Positions 1 through 12,363 of a DNA stretch of 64,000 bases are shown here, one piece after another. The position numbers and the translations under genes are program-made. The stretch's first letter is position 1, and every line of letters starts with the position of its first letter. Source of the DNA: Octopus vulgaris (taxonomy: Eukaryota); contig OX597830.1 in the NCBI GenBank assembly GCA_951406725.2, forward strand, positions 42,594,001 to 42,658,000, read 5' to 3'. Below the pieces are notes generated by a model. That model searched no databases. It saw nothing but the letters and a program-made list of their open reading frames with translations, and was not told where the DNA came from.

Positions 1-487
1 TGTATGCATGTATAAGCTTTAAGCTTTCAAAAATGACATACATTTGAAATGACATTCGATTATATATACTCATACATATAGACAGACTAATACATGTGTA
101 GGGAAAAATACATGCGTATTTTCCAGTCATCCACAAACAAATGAAATTACATACAAATGAATATACACATCATTATACAAGAAGAAAAATAATGAAATGT
201 TTCCTCTAACCTTGAAGGACTTTTAATGGAGTAGAGCTTAATTCTTAACTTCATGGTGTTAAGCTGATAATAGATAAACCTCCACCTGGATATGACACTA
301 GTCCATTTGAGATTATCTGGTATTTCTTTCCAACAGATAGATGAACTCCTAGGGTTTATGTGAATGGTTTAACCTTTCATGTTCTATATTTCTGTTGAAA
401 TACACTTGACTTTGTTTCCATTAATTTTGGAAATAATGAAGAATTTAGTAAAACAACTTGCTCATTATTATTTAAAGGTGGTGAAAA

Positions 488-1180
488 GCAGTGAGCTGGC
501 AGAATCATTAGCATACCGGGTGAAATGCTTAGCAGTATTTCACCCGTCGCTACTTTCTGAGTTCAAATTCCACCGAGGTCAACTTTGCCTTTTATCCTTT
601 TGGGGTTGATGTAATGGATTATTCCCCTCCCCCAAAGTTTCAGGCCTTGTGCCTATAGTACAAAAGCTTATTAAGCTGGTGTTTAAAACACAGATTAATT
701 CAACATAATTAATTCAACATAGATTATCTAATGGCAGTGAAAGGCGGTGAGCTGGCAGAATCGTTAGCACGCTGGGCAAAATGCTTAGAGGTATTTCGTC
801 TGTCACTACATTCTGAGTTCAAATTCTGCCTAGGTCAACATTGCCTTTCATCCTTTTGGGGGTTGATTTAATAAGTACCAGTTATACACAGGGATTGATT
901 TAATCAACTTAATCCCCTCCCACAAGCTGCCCTTGTGGCAAAAATTTGAAATCATTATTTAAAGGCAACGAGCTGGCAGAATTGTTAGCTCACTGAACAA
1001 TATGCTTCATGCCATTTTGTTCATTTTCAAGTTCAGAGTTCAAGTTCCACTAAAGTCAGTTTTGACTTTTTCCTTTCTGGGGCTGGTATGATAAGTACCA
1101 TTTGAATACTGAGGCCAAACAATTGACTAGCCCCCTCCCCTAATATTTCAGGCCTTGTGCCTACAGTACAAAAGCTTATT
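488..1180 (+). mobile_element. Three consecutive copies of a tRNA-derived SINE (family A)
   Basis: Repeated gagctggcagaa (A-box-like)...gagttcaaattc (B box)...gcctttcatcctt core. More copies at about 6906-7135 (+), 13745-13958 (-), 18556-18990, 19015-19410, 35030-35385 (-), 39845-40190, 58930-59150 (-). Confidence 0.85.
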
Positions 1181-1730
1181 AAGCTGGTGTTTAAAACATA
1201 GATTAATTCAAAATTTTGATGGAGGAAGATTTTAATTTAGATAATTTAGGTGATCTTTGGTGAGTTGATATCAAAAGGGTTAAATACAAAATGGAAACTT
1301 ATACTACATTTGGATACAAGATCAAGCTAGCTATTGGTTCAGTGGATTACTTTCTCGGGCAATTTCCCAGAAGAACAAAGGCCATAGAAATAATAACAGA
1401 GGATGGCATAAATGATATACAATTCTAAGACAGAAATTGTGTGGATGATGTTGGATGGACTATAACTTGAACTTAAATGTCCAGGTTTGTGATGCGCTGT
1501 GTTGTGTTGAATTAGCATAGGAACTACATTACAGGTATATGTGCCTGTGGAATACACAGCCACTGGCAAGTTCATTTAACTAGCTAAAAATTCTGTTCAA
1601 ATAACAACTGAATGTGTTTAGTCAAAACCAGCAAAGGATCCAACATAATTTGGAAAAGTTACAAAATAATGTGCAAATGTTACGTATTCATAAATTCACT
1701 AGCACAGAAGCACATATACATGCACACACT

Positions 1731-1786
<56 letters not shown>

Positions 1787-1837
1787 CATCCTTGTACATA
1801 AAATTGCATCCCACTTATTTACAGAAACTAATATATA

Positions 1838-2500
1838 CGTAGTCTGATCAATAAGTATCCAGACTGTTGCCATGGTAACGAAGCTAAAGCATGCAGAGTG
1901 AAGCCACTCAGCATAGATTGACCTTGAACTCTGCTGTGTATGTGCACTAAGTTTTAACATTCTAGCTCACTTCCGCTGTTTACAGCAGTACTTGGACGGA
2001 AGGTGTGTAGCGTGTGATTAACATATTGACCATGACAGAAAGTTGAGCAGAGAATCTGCATTAAATTTTTCCAAAAGCTTGGTGATACCAGCTCAGAGGC
2101 CTATGCAAAGTTTTCAAAAAGTTTTCTTCGTTCTTGACACAATCAAGGAGATCTTGTGCAACTGAAACCCAAGTGTCTTAAAACAGTTTTAGCACAAACT
2201 TGGCAAACCCGTGTCTCATGCTCAAATCTTCAGTGACAATGGACCGAACTGAACTGTAACTAATCTGGACATTCCCTGATAACTCACAGATGGTGATTTG
2301 ATGATCTCCCCTTCACAGCTGGATGCACAACTGCAATGTTTTTCTCCATTCTGCTGGTTGTGAGTCTCCCAGAACATTCATCAATATCAACATTTTTTCA
2401 GCCATCTTGGAAACGTCTGAACCACCCGTGCACTTGTGTTTGGCTCATACAACCCTCTCCATACACTTTCTGCAACTATGTGTAGGCCTCTGGGCAGGTA
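1838..2500. mobile_element. Mariner-type fragments: + strand 5' end (TIR, ...EQRICIKF) joined to a - strand transposase N-terminus
   Basis: TA-cgtagtctgatcaataagtatcc TIR-like start; the minus strand of 2120-2490 reads VYGEGCMSQTQVHGWFRRFQDG...SGRLTTSR...ITICEL. Confidence 0.75.
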
Positions 2501-2519
2501 TCACAATGATGACTTTCTC

Positions 2520-2895
2520 TGTCATGATCTTTCAGGATGATAATGCACCAATTCACACAGCTAAAGTTGTTACTGAATGGCATGAGGAACATTCCAGTGA
2601 AGTTGAACATCTTATCTGGCCGCCACAGTCCCCAGATCTCAATATAATTGAACATCTATGGTGCATTTTAGAAAAACAAGTAAGGAATCGATATCCTCCA
2701 CCATCATCACTACAAGAACTGTAGACTATTTTAGTTGAAGAATGGACAAAAATTCCTTGGAAGCAATTCAAACTTTGTATGAGTCCATACCTCATAGAAT
2801 TCAAGCTGTAATTACTGCCAAAGACAATCCTACCTGATATTAAAAAAAACTTGTTTGAAATTTGAAGGTGTTTCCATTATTTTGTCCAACTCCTA
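2520..2895 (+). mobile_element. Tc1-type transposase 3' fragment with right TIR
   Basis: FQDDNAPIH...WPPQSPDLNIIEHLW (second D and E of the DDE triad); ends ggtgtttccattattttgtccaac next to TA. Confidence 0.88.
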
Positions 2896-2919
2896 TATAT
2901 CTACATATCATCTTGTGTA

Positions 2920-3261
2920 GCTATGTATGTGTGTGTGTGTCTGTATGTGTGGCGTGTGTGCATGTATGTGTGAACGTATGTACATGTGTGTGTGTGTGTG
3001 TGTGTGTGCGTATGTGTGTGTATGTATGTGTGAATGTATATTTGTACATACATATGTGCATTATATGTATGTATGTATGTATGCGTATATACATATGTAT
3101 GTGTGTGTACGTGTATATGTATCCATGTCTGTATGCATGACTATGTATGTGCGTGCATGTATTTATATATATATATGTGAACACTGAATTGTTGATACAT
3201 GACCATGTATGTATATGCATGATGTTTATGTATGTATGTATGTATGTATGTGTGTATGTAT

Positions 3262-3308
<47 letters not shown>

Positions 3309-3581
3309 TGTACGTATGAATATCTGCATAGCCTGGTGGTCAGGATGTTGCACTCACCATGTCAAGATCATGGTTTCACTTCCTGGACTGGGTGGTGTGT
3401 TGTATTCTTGAGCAAAATACTTCATCTGATGTTGCTCAGCAGTCATTTCAACACTTGGCATGAGGTACACCATTCAAGCAACATCAGTTTGATGGAAGGA
3501 AATGCCTAATGTGCAGGTTGTGCAGGTTGTTCAGCAGGAAATTGCGGAACCATCATTCTCAGACTACAAGAGACTAGCATC

Positions 3582-3622
<41 letters not shown>

Positions 3623-3841
3623 ATGGTGCTTAAAAGTTCCTGGCTTTAAGGGTATTGCGGAAGGACTGGGTGGAGGCCCAACCTTCTGTGTTCTTTTACA
3701 GGGCTTAGGAAAACTGAAGGACTGCAGCAATTACTGTGTGAATCTGAGAAGGGAATATGTTGAATAAAATCATAACTTATCTACCTGTATTCTTCTTTAC
3801 CCAAAGCCAGGAACTTTTCAGTACCCCTCATGTGAGTGTGT

Positions 3842-3898
<57 letters not shown>

Positions 3899-3932
3899 CG
3901 TGTGCGCGTGTGCATGCGTGCGCGTGTGCATG

Positions 3933-3968
<36 letters not shown>

Positions 3969-4037
3969 TGTGTGTGTACATATCTGACACAATTGCTGAT
4001 AATGCATGCATGTATGTGTGCATGTTAGTAGTTGTGA

Positions 4038-4092
<55 letters not shown>

Positions 4093-4162
4093 ATCACAAT
4101 GATTGCCTGAATAAGTCTGAACACAGAACTGTTGTTACATGAGTATGTATGTATATGCATGA

Positions 4163-4244
<82 letters not shown>

Positions 4245-5085
4245 GAAGTTGCATGGCCCAGTGGTCACATGGATATGCATGCAAACATACACTTATATGC
4301 ATGTGTGCTACACACATCACCAACACCAACAACAAGCTGGTTATCATGTTTTCCTCCTATGTGTGCAGTGTGGACAGAGATGAGACTTAGATTCATTGAG
4401 ATGTAATGAGTCATGAACATTCAAAAGATTAGATCATGATCAACAGCTTCATCTCATAGCACCAACATAATGGTATTCATTAATCAGAAATTAATGATGA
4501 ATCCCCACAAATGACAAGCCATCACCGTACATACCTCCCAGTCATTCAGGGTATGTTGTTGCATTACTCAACCATTTACATTACAACCTCAAAATAAGCA
4601 CTCCCAACGAACATATTTACATGAGCACAGTTAAGTTCCAGGAATAGATAAATAGATAAGTATATGAATTAAGTATAGAGACGAGGTGAAAGAGGAAAAG
4701 ACAATGAGGCAGAGTTAAGTTAATCTCTGAAATCAAAATGTTTCTTTGGGAAAAGTAATATCACTTTGGAACAATTACAGATTAAAGGTTTGATTTTGGC
4801 TCCGGAAAAGAGCAATTTCTTTTTACTAACTGGATATGCTGGGATACTGTGGTGATACACATAGACATACAGATGCGTTTATACATACAAACATTGCATA
4901 CATACATATATATGTATGCTTTTGTACACAAACACACACACACACACATATACGTGTGTGTGTGTGTGTGTGTGTGGGCATGAGAATCTATGTACATACA
5001 TATATACGTGGGCAATAGATAGGTAGTTAGATATGCATACATATGCATATACATATATATATATATACACACACACATACACACT

Positions 5086-5146
<61 letters not shown>

Positions 5147-5326
5147 GGATAATGAATCCAAACAGTTAAAAGCAAAAGTTTTCCATGGCTGGGCATACTA
5201 TTCCTAACACCACTGTTATCATTTGGAAACCAATATCACTTTGGAACAATTACAGATTAACGGTTTTGGCTCTGGAAAATAACAATTTCTTATAAGTAAC
5301 TTGATATCTTAAGATGTCATTGTGAG

Positions 5327-5369
<43 letters not shown>

Positions 5370-5570
5370 CATATATATAGATAGATATATACACACACAA
5401 ATATATATATTTAGAGAGAGGGCAATACATACATATGTCTATAGCTATCTATATACATTAATATAAATAAAGATATGTACATAATGTATATGTATGTATG
5501 TGTGGGGGTCTGTTTGTGTGTGTGTGTGTGTGTGCATGGGTGTGTATGTGTGTGTGTGCGTGTTCCATGG
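2920..5570. repeat. (TG)n/(TA)n/(TATG)n microsatellite-rich field
   Basis: Direct reading. Confidence 0.9.
3620..3830 (+). mobile_element. Mariner-derived MITE inserted at a (TA)n tract
   Basis: TIRs ggtgcttaaaagttcctggcttt / aaagccaggaacttttcagtacc; internal remnant CVNLRREYVE* of the transposase C-terminus. Confidence 0.82.
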
Positions 5571-5746
5571 CAGGGCATATCGTCTGTTAAGCCTCAAATT
5601 GTTTGTTTCATGATGAAGACAATTGTAATTGCTAAAGCATTACTGGGGTGTATGAAATTCTAAATTACTAGATTTCCCTTAACTTAGACTTATTTTGGGA
5701 ATTTGCTGAGAGATTTGTCCTCCTGGCTGATTGGTATGGAGTACCC

Positions 5747-5795
<49 letters not shown>

Positions 5796-7749
5796 AGCCC
5801 ATAAGCATACTCTCTCTCTTCATTCTACCTCTTCTACTAACACTACAATAACCTCTGCTTCTTAGAATTGGCAGATCTCATCCCACTTTCACCTAAGTCC
5901 ATCTGACTCACACATCTCACCTTCTCATTGCTTATATTATGTCCATTCTTCCCTCCTCTCCTGGCTTTCACACAAACCCCTTTTCTAATGCCTTGCTTCA
6001 TACCTATGTATTTTTCCCTTCTTTTTTTCCTGTGGCCTTAACACTTTGACAAATATCAGTGAAGGCAACCTGTCTAGTAGAATAGTAACTGAATAAAATA
6101 ACTTATACTCGGTGGAGATGACTCTTTAACTCTCTGAATGTGAAATCAAATTTCATAGTCATTCCTGCAAGGATGTTAATTATCCAACAAAATATGGAAT
6201 TGATATTTTCTACTTCTGAAACCATCATCATTATCATCATCATCTTCATCATCATTTAATGTCTGTTGTCCATGCTGGCATGGGCTGGATGGTTTGACTG
6301 GGCTGGCACACTGGAAGGCTGCACCAGGATCCAGTCTGATTTGGCATGGTTTTCTCCGGCTGAATGCCCTTCCTAACGCCAACCACTCCATTGGGGTGCA
6401 TTTACATGCCACTGGCATGGGTACCAATTTGTGTGACACCAGTATTATCCATGACTGTGATTTTGCTCAGCTTGATGGGTCTTCTTCTCAAGCATGACAT
6501 AATGCCAAAGGTCTCAATCACTGCCTTAGTGAGGCCCAACACTTGAAAGGAACTCAGCCACTTTGCCTCCGTGAGGTTCAATGCTCGAAAGGAACTCAGC
6601 CTTCAATATCTTTTGTACATACAATTTTCATATCCACCTGTGCTGCCTGACTGGCTCCCCATGCCGGTAGCACATAAAAAGCACCATCCAAATGTGGTTG
6701 ATGCCAGTACTGCCTGATTGGCTCCTGTGCTGGTGGCATGTAAAAAGCACCCACTACACTCTCAGAGTGGTTGGCGTTAGAAAGGACATCCAGCGGTAAA
6801 AACATTGCCAGATTAGATTAGATCCTGATGCAGCCTCCTGGCTTGCCAATCTCCAGTCAAACTGTTCAACATGAAAAACAGATGTTAAATGATGATGATG
6901 ATGATGGCGAGCAGGCAGAAACGTTAGCAAGCAGGGCGAAATGCGTAACCGTATTTCGTCTGTCGTTACGTTCCAAGTTCAAATTCCGCCGATGTAGACT
7001 TTGCCTTTCAATCCTTTCGGGGTCAATAAATTAAGTACCAGTTACGCACTGAGGTTGATGTAATTGACTTAATCCGTGTGTCTGTCCTTGTTTGTCCCCT
7101 CTATGTTTAGCCCCTTGTGGGTAGTAAAGAAATAGATGATGATGATGATGATGATGATGACTGCTAAAAGTCTTTTATTCTTGCTTTCTGAAGAGATATT
7201 TAATGAAATATGTGAAAAAATTCAGTAAACCTGAAAAATTGTCACTTTGTGCCAGTTGAAAGATGACGGGTTTAGAAGGACAGGTGTAGGCGTCTTGTTG
7301 TAGAGTAGATACATGGATGACCCAGGTGGAGAAGAAAGGAGAGTGAATGAGAGAGTAAGATAAAGAGCGATAATGAGAGAGATGATAGCAAAGATGCATC
7401 AGGGCATACTCTTGAGGGAAATTGGGGGGTGGGGTGAAATAGGTGGGGTGACACAGAGGTTTGGGCTAGATGAGTGGATAGGATTGAGGTTAACTCAAGT
7501 AATGAAGAGAAATATAGGAGAGGCTTGGGAGCAGGGATTGTGGTAGATATGTGAGGGCTTGGAGGATGATTGCAGGAAGAAGGTAAGCAAGGTGTTAATG
7601 ATGAAGAACAGCAAAGGGAAGAGAAGGCATTGAAAAGAGGGGATTGGTTGAGACAGTATCACATATATTTATATATAGATACACATACACACATCTATAT
7701 GTATGTGTGTGTGATGTATGTGTGTGCATATATATACTTTGATTTTTTA

Positions 7750-7964
7750 TTTGCTTCAGGCAATTGACTGCAGCCGTGCTGGAGCACAGCCTTTAGTTGA
7801 GCAAATTATCTCCAAGACTTATTCTTTGTAAGCCCAGTACTTATTCTATCAGTATCTTTTGCTGAACTGCTAAGTTATGGGGATGTAAACATACCAGCTT
7901 CAGTTGTCAAGCAATGGTGGGGTACAGCACAGACACAGACACACACAGACAGACACATACACAC

Positions 7965-8001
<37 letters not shown>

Positions 8002-8160
8002 ATGGGCTTCTTTCCATTTCCGTCTACCAAATCCACTCACAAGGCTTTGGTCGGCCCAAGGCTGTAGTAGAAGATACTTGCCCAAGGTGCCACACAGTGG
8101 GACTGAACCCATAACCATGTGGTTGGGAAGCAAGCTTCTTACCTTACAGCCGCTCCTATA
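7750..8160 (-). mobile_element. tRNA-derived SINE family B with an internal (CA)n tract
   Basis: ggtaagaagcttgcttcccaaccacatgg...gggttcagtcccactg...ttgggcaagt head. Other copies at about 16230-16355, 17940-18295, 37985-38320, 38945-39105, 50965-51290, 56550-56930. Confidence 0.8.
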
Positions 8161-8862
8161 TATCTTTGGTTAATGAGAGACAGAAGATGGAAGATACAAG
8201 AATTTTTATCAGTCACTACAATTGTTTCAATTCATCTAGCATTGATCCCTCCATCCCTCACAGGTGGGATACTTAGCAACACACATGCATATATATATAT
8301 ATATATATATGCATACACATATGCATATATACATACATACATGTATATTGTATATGATGTGTAAATAGTAGATATATTATGAAAGGTGTACTCTATCAGA
8401 AAACAAAAGAAATAAAAATGCAGAAATGAGAGTTTGTAAGGCAGAGATGTAAAGAGAAATGGCAATGGAAGTGGGGTTAGAGAAGAAGAGGAGCAGAATG
8501 AAGCTCTGTATCAGTGAAACATATACAGGTGTGTTAGAGGAGTGATTATTTGTGTGTGTGTGTATGTGTATGTGAGTGTGTGTGCGTGTGTGTGTGTGTG
8601 TGTGTGGTGGTTGGTGTTAGGAAGGGCATCTAGCTGTAAAAACCTTGCCAAAACACACTCAGAAACATGGTGCCAGTTCCTGCCAAGCCAATTCCTGTCA
8701 AACTGTCCAACCCATGCCAGCATGGAAGGTGAACATTAAACGATGATGATGATGATGATGATGTGTACATACATAATACATACATACACTCTCCTTGTTT
8801 TTCTCTCCTTGTTTCTCTTCTTTTTTTTTCTCTCCTTTCTTTTCTCTCTTTGTTTTTTCTGT

Positions 8863-8904
8863 GTCCCTTTCTGTAGAAGAGCGTAGGCTCGAAACGTAAA
8901 AGAC
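8863..8904 (+). ncRNA. Variant-core minimal hammerhead-like motif
   Basis: CUUU-CUGUAGA-A-GAGC(GUAG)GCUC-GAAAC-GUA-AAAG; stems intact but the core has A6>U. Confidence 0.5.
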
Positions 8905-9063
8905 TTTTTCTATTCCTGAGCGTTATACTAATACATCTGTTTGTTTTGTACACCACCTGTCTTTGTCTTTTGTTTTTTTCGTAAACTCTCCCTATATATA
9001 TATATATATATATATATTTATACATCCAGACATACACACACACACACATATATGCATCTATAA

Positions 9064-9122
<59 letters not shown>

Positions 9123-9361
9123 TATACATACATGCATACATACATACATACATACATACATACATACATGTGTACATATGTATGCCTAAAAAGACATTTC
9201 TTTAAAACTAGTCCTATGTATTGCTATTTTATATAAACATTGATATTCACATACACATTTTTGCTGTTATGACTCAAAAGAAAAATATCAATATGTCTTT
9301 ACATGTGTGTGTGTGTGTGTGTGGATGGATAGCTGGAGAGACAAATAGACAATCAAGCATA

Positions 9362-9381
9362 TAGACAGACAGGCAGACAGG

Positions 9382-9468
<87 letters not shown>

Positions 9469-9512
9469 GCAGACAGACAGATAGATAGATAGACAGACAG
9501 ATAGATAGATAG
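9362..9512. repeat. Compound (GATA)n/(GACA)n microsatellite
   Basis: Direct reading. Confidence 0.97.
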
Positions 9513-9860
9513 ATTTTATTAAAAGAAAAATACAAGAAAACAGTTATAGTAGTTCAAAGAATTTTATAATAATAATAATGATAATGATGATGATGCTGAT
9601 GATAATAATAATAATGAAATCATCATCATCATCATCATAATCTGACCTGGAGAAAAAAGTAATTAGTACTGGAAATGAAAACTCAATAAAATAAATTGCT
9701 AAAATATTCATCTGGTTTTATTTGCCATCAAAAGGAAAACAGACTAGGTTGTTTGAAGAAACAGATAAGTATTGAGAGTTCTTATCAAAGCCATAGTGCT
9801 TTCCAGAAAATTAGGTTATTTTTCCACCCTTTCTTTTCTTTTTATTGCAATGCTATCTTT

Positions 9861-9980
<120 letters not shown>

Positions 9981-10253
9981 AAGCTGTAGCTGCAACAAAG
10001 GTCTGCATACTTCAAGAGAAGGAAAATGGGGTTACTAATATATTTACTGCAGATTTACAGATTTACTATTGGAAATTTTAATCAGAATTTAGAAGAAAAT
10101 AATGATGATGATGATGGTGGTGGTGGTGGTGGTGGTGGTGATAATAATAATAATGATGATAATAATTAATGGGATTTGAACTCAAAAAGTGCAGAATAAT
10201 CTACCTAAAAAGAGGTAGCAGTGATAGAATTACTGAAATGAGACTAGTGTAGT

Positions 10254-11288
10254 GTGAAATCCAAAGTACAACGTCATATCAAAGCACCATTAGGTACATT
10301 TGCAAATCCGGATGCGAGATTCCAACATATCCACATCGATATAGTGGGACCCTTACCTCCATGCGAGGATAATATGTATTTGTTGACGTGTGTCGATCGT
10401 TTTTCGAGATGGCCCAAGGCTTATCCGATAAAAGATGTATCTGCAGTAACTATAGCAAAAACCTTGTTTATCAATTGGATGTCTAGATTTGGCATCCCAA
10501 ATACAGTGACAACAGATCGTGGTAGACAATTTGAGTCTAGCTTGTTCGCAGAATTCAATAAATTGTTAGGGATTAATAGAATTCGTACAACTTCATATCA
10601 CCCACAATCTAACGGAATGGTAGAAAGATTCCATAGACAGTTGAAAGCTTCATTAAGAACTTATTCTAATTCTAACGATTGGCTGGAGGCTTTGCCAGTG
10701 GTATTGTTGGGAATTAGAAGTGCGGTTAAGGAAACTATACAGTATTCTCCGGCTGAACTTTTGTACGGAACAACATTAACTCTACCTGCTCAAATGTTCG
10801 AGGAAACTAATATTTTCAATGGAGATGTTAATGATTATGTAACTCGTCTAAAAAGATTTCTTACGGATATTCCTTCTTGTACAAGAAATTGCAAAATGTT
10901 AAAAGCTTTCTTCCTTCGGATATAAAATCTTGGACACATGTGTATGTCCGTAACGATGCAGCTCATAATTCACTGAGATATAAATACACCGGACCTTTTA
11001 AAGTCTTATCAGTTACAGACAAAACTATGACTTTGGAAATGAATGGAAAGAAAGAAATTGTCAGTGTCGACAGAGTAAAAAAAGCTTATTTCGACCAAGA
11101 TCCATGTCATGAAACCGGAGATATGAGCAACACACATCAACACAGCGTGAAACAAAATGATATAGAAAAAGACAAACCCGATGTTGAGGGAAAAGCGAAA
11201 TCAATTCTAAAATCACCTACAAATAAAAAAAAAAACTAGAAGTGGTAGAACTGTCCATTTCCCAAGAAAACTTTCTCAGTTTGTTTGA
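10254..11288 (+). pseudogene. Gypsy integrase (rve core plus GPY/F domain), two frameshifts
   Basis: HIDIVGPLP, TTDRGRQFES and SYHPQSNGMVERFHRQLK give an intact DDE triad. The frame shifts near 10890 into YTGPFKVL...VSVDRVKKAY and again in an A-run near 11230 into TRSGRTVHFPRKL. Confidence 0.93.
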
Positions 11289-11575
11289 GGATTTTATATA
11301 AAAAAAAAAAAGAAAATTTTTTTTTAGGATTTTATTCATGGATTATATCAAAAGAAAAAAGAAAAAAAGGAAAAAAAAAACATTTTTTTTTTTTTTCAGC
11401 GAAAGGAGAGGAACAATGTACGAACATGATAAACATAAGCTGTATTGGAAAGACTAAGTTCATATGTTTTAAACTTGTAAATGCATTTGTAAAAAAAAAA
11501 AAAAAAAAAAGAAAATATATTTGTATAACGAATTTCCTTCGCAAAATTGTAACAATTTTTCTGGCGAGAGGCTGA

Positions 11576-12363
11576 TGTAGCATGGCAGTTTCAGCCATTT
11601 TGAAATATGACTATAGTGATTTCTAATATCTTCACTATTTGAAAGGCAAGGCAGAAATGATCTCGTTTGAGGTTACAGCCATCTTTGGCCAACTTGTTCC
11701 TGTTGTAAACACTAACCTGATTGGTTGACACGTGACGCGATTTGTCTCCACTTATTTTCGCGCCACTGTCCCGAAACAACCAATCACGGCCTTTGGTTAA
11801 GATTCCATTTCTGAGGCTCGTTTGAGCCACCCAACCGGTATATAAAGGAGTGTTTTCAGACACTTTTTGTCTTTGGTTCCAGTTCTTCTAAGAACTAACT
11901 TTAGACCACAGCGCTACTCAACCAAGCAATATACGATTGTTCCTGCTACCACTAGCTACGACGCTAATGTACACAATCACAGAAAGCCTACTATCTTTGC
12001 CGCCTCCACCATCATGTATCAGCTTCCAGTCGTTTCCAACGTCTTCGCCATACGAACAGTAAACCAATTTCCATTATATATTCTATGTTCTGTACCCTTC
12101 TATGCCAAACGCATTCACTCTTACTGTTCTGTCACACACATGAACACACAGACACAAACACGTGTTAATGCTTACGAACTCCTAACATTGACACGGTTGT
12201 AAAATAAATAATATTTATCTCTCCACAGCAAGACTTGTCGTTGATTCACTTATTTTCTGTTGTTACTGCATGTATTTATGGCTTGCAATAATTCGTTAAG
12301 AATATGACCACGTGCGATCGTATTCTCTACACAATGCGACCACGTGCGTTCATATTTCTTACA
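11576..12363 (+). repeat. LTR (about 788 bp) with promoter and polyadenylation signals
   Basis: TGTA...TACA termini; CCAAT-type boxes (gattgg, accaatc); TATATAAA 11839-11846; AATAAA 12203-12208. Confidence 0.8.

Larger units (their letters stand above)
10248..12363 (+). mobile_element. Internally deleted Gypsy/Ty3 LTR retrotransposon (integrase, PPT, 3' LTR) with 4-bp TSD
   Basis: TG...CA ends flanked by CTAG at 10244-10247 and 12364-12367; integrase ORF; purine-rich tract ctggcgagaggctga immediately before TGTAG at 11576. Confidence 0.88.

Noticed and set aside
488-1180. tRNA genes suggested by A/B boxes
   Set aside because: No cloverleaf; the boxes run into shared SINE body sequence repeated throughout the window.
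5606-5645. atgatgaagacaattgtaattgctaaagc as a hammerhead
   Set aside because: Possibly a relic, but both core boxes are mutated; too decayed to call.
1612-9535. Many HT-, CV- and YI-rich ORFs
   Set aside because: Translations of (CA)n, (TG)n, (TA)n and (GATA)n microsatellites, with no splice or domain support.
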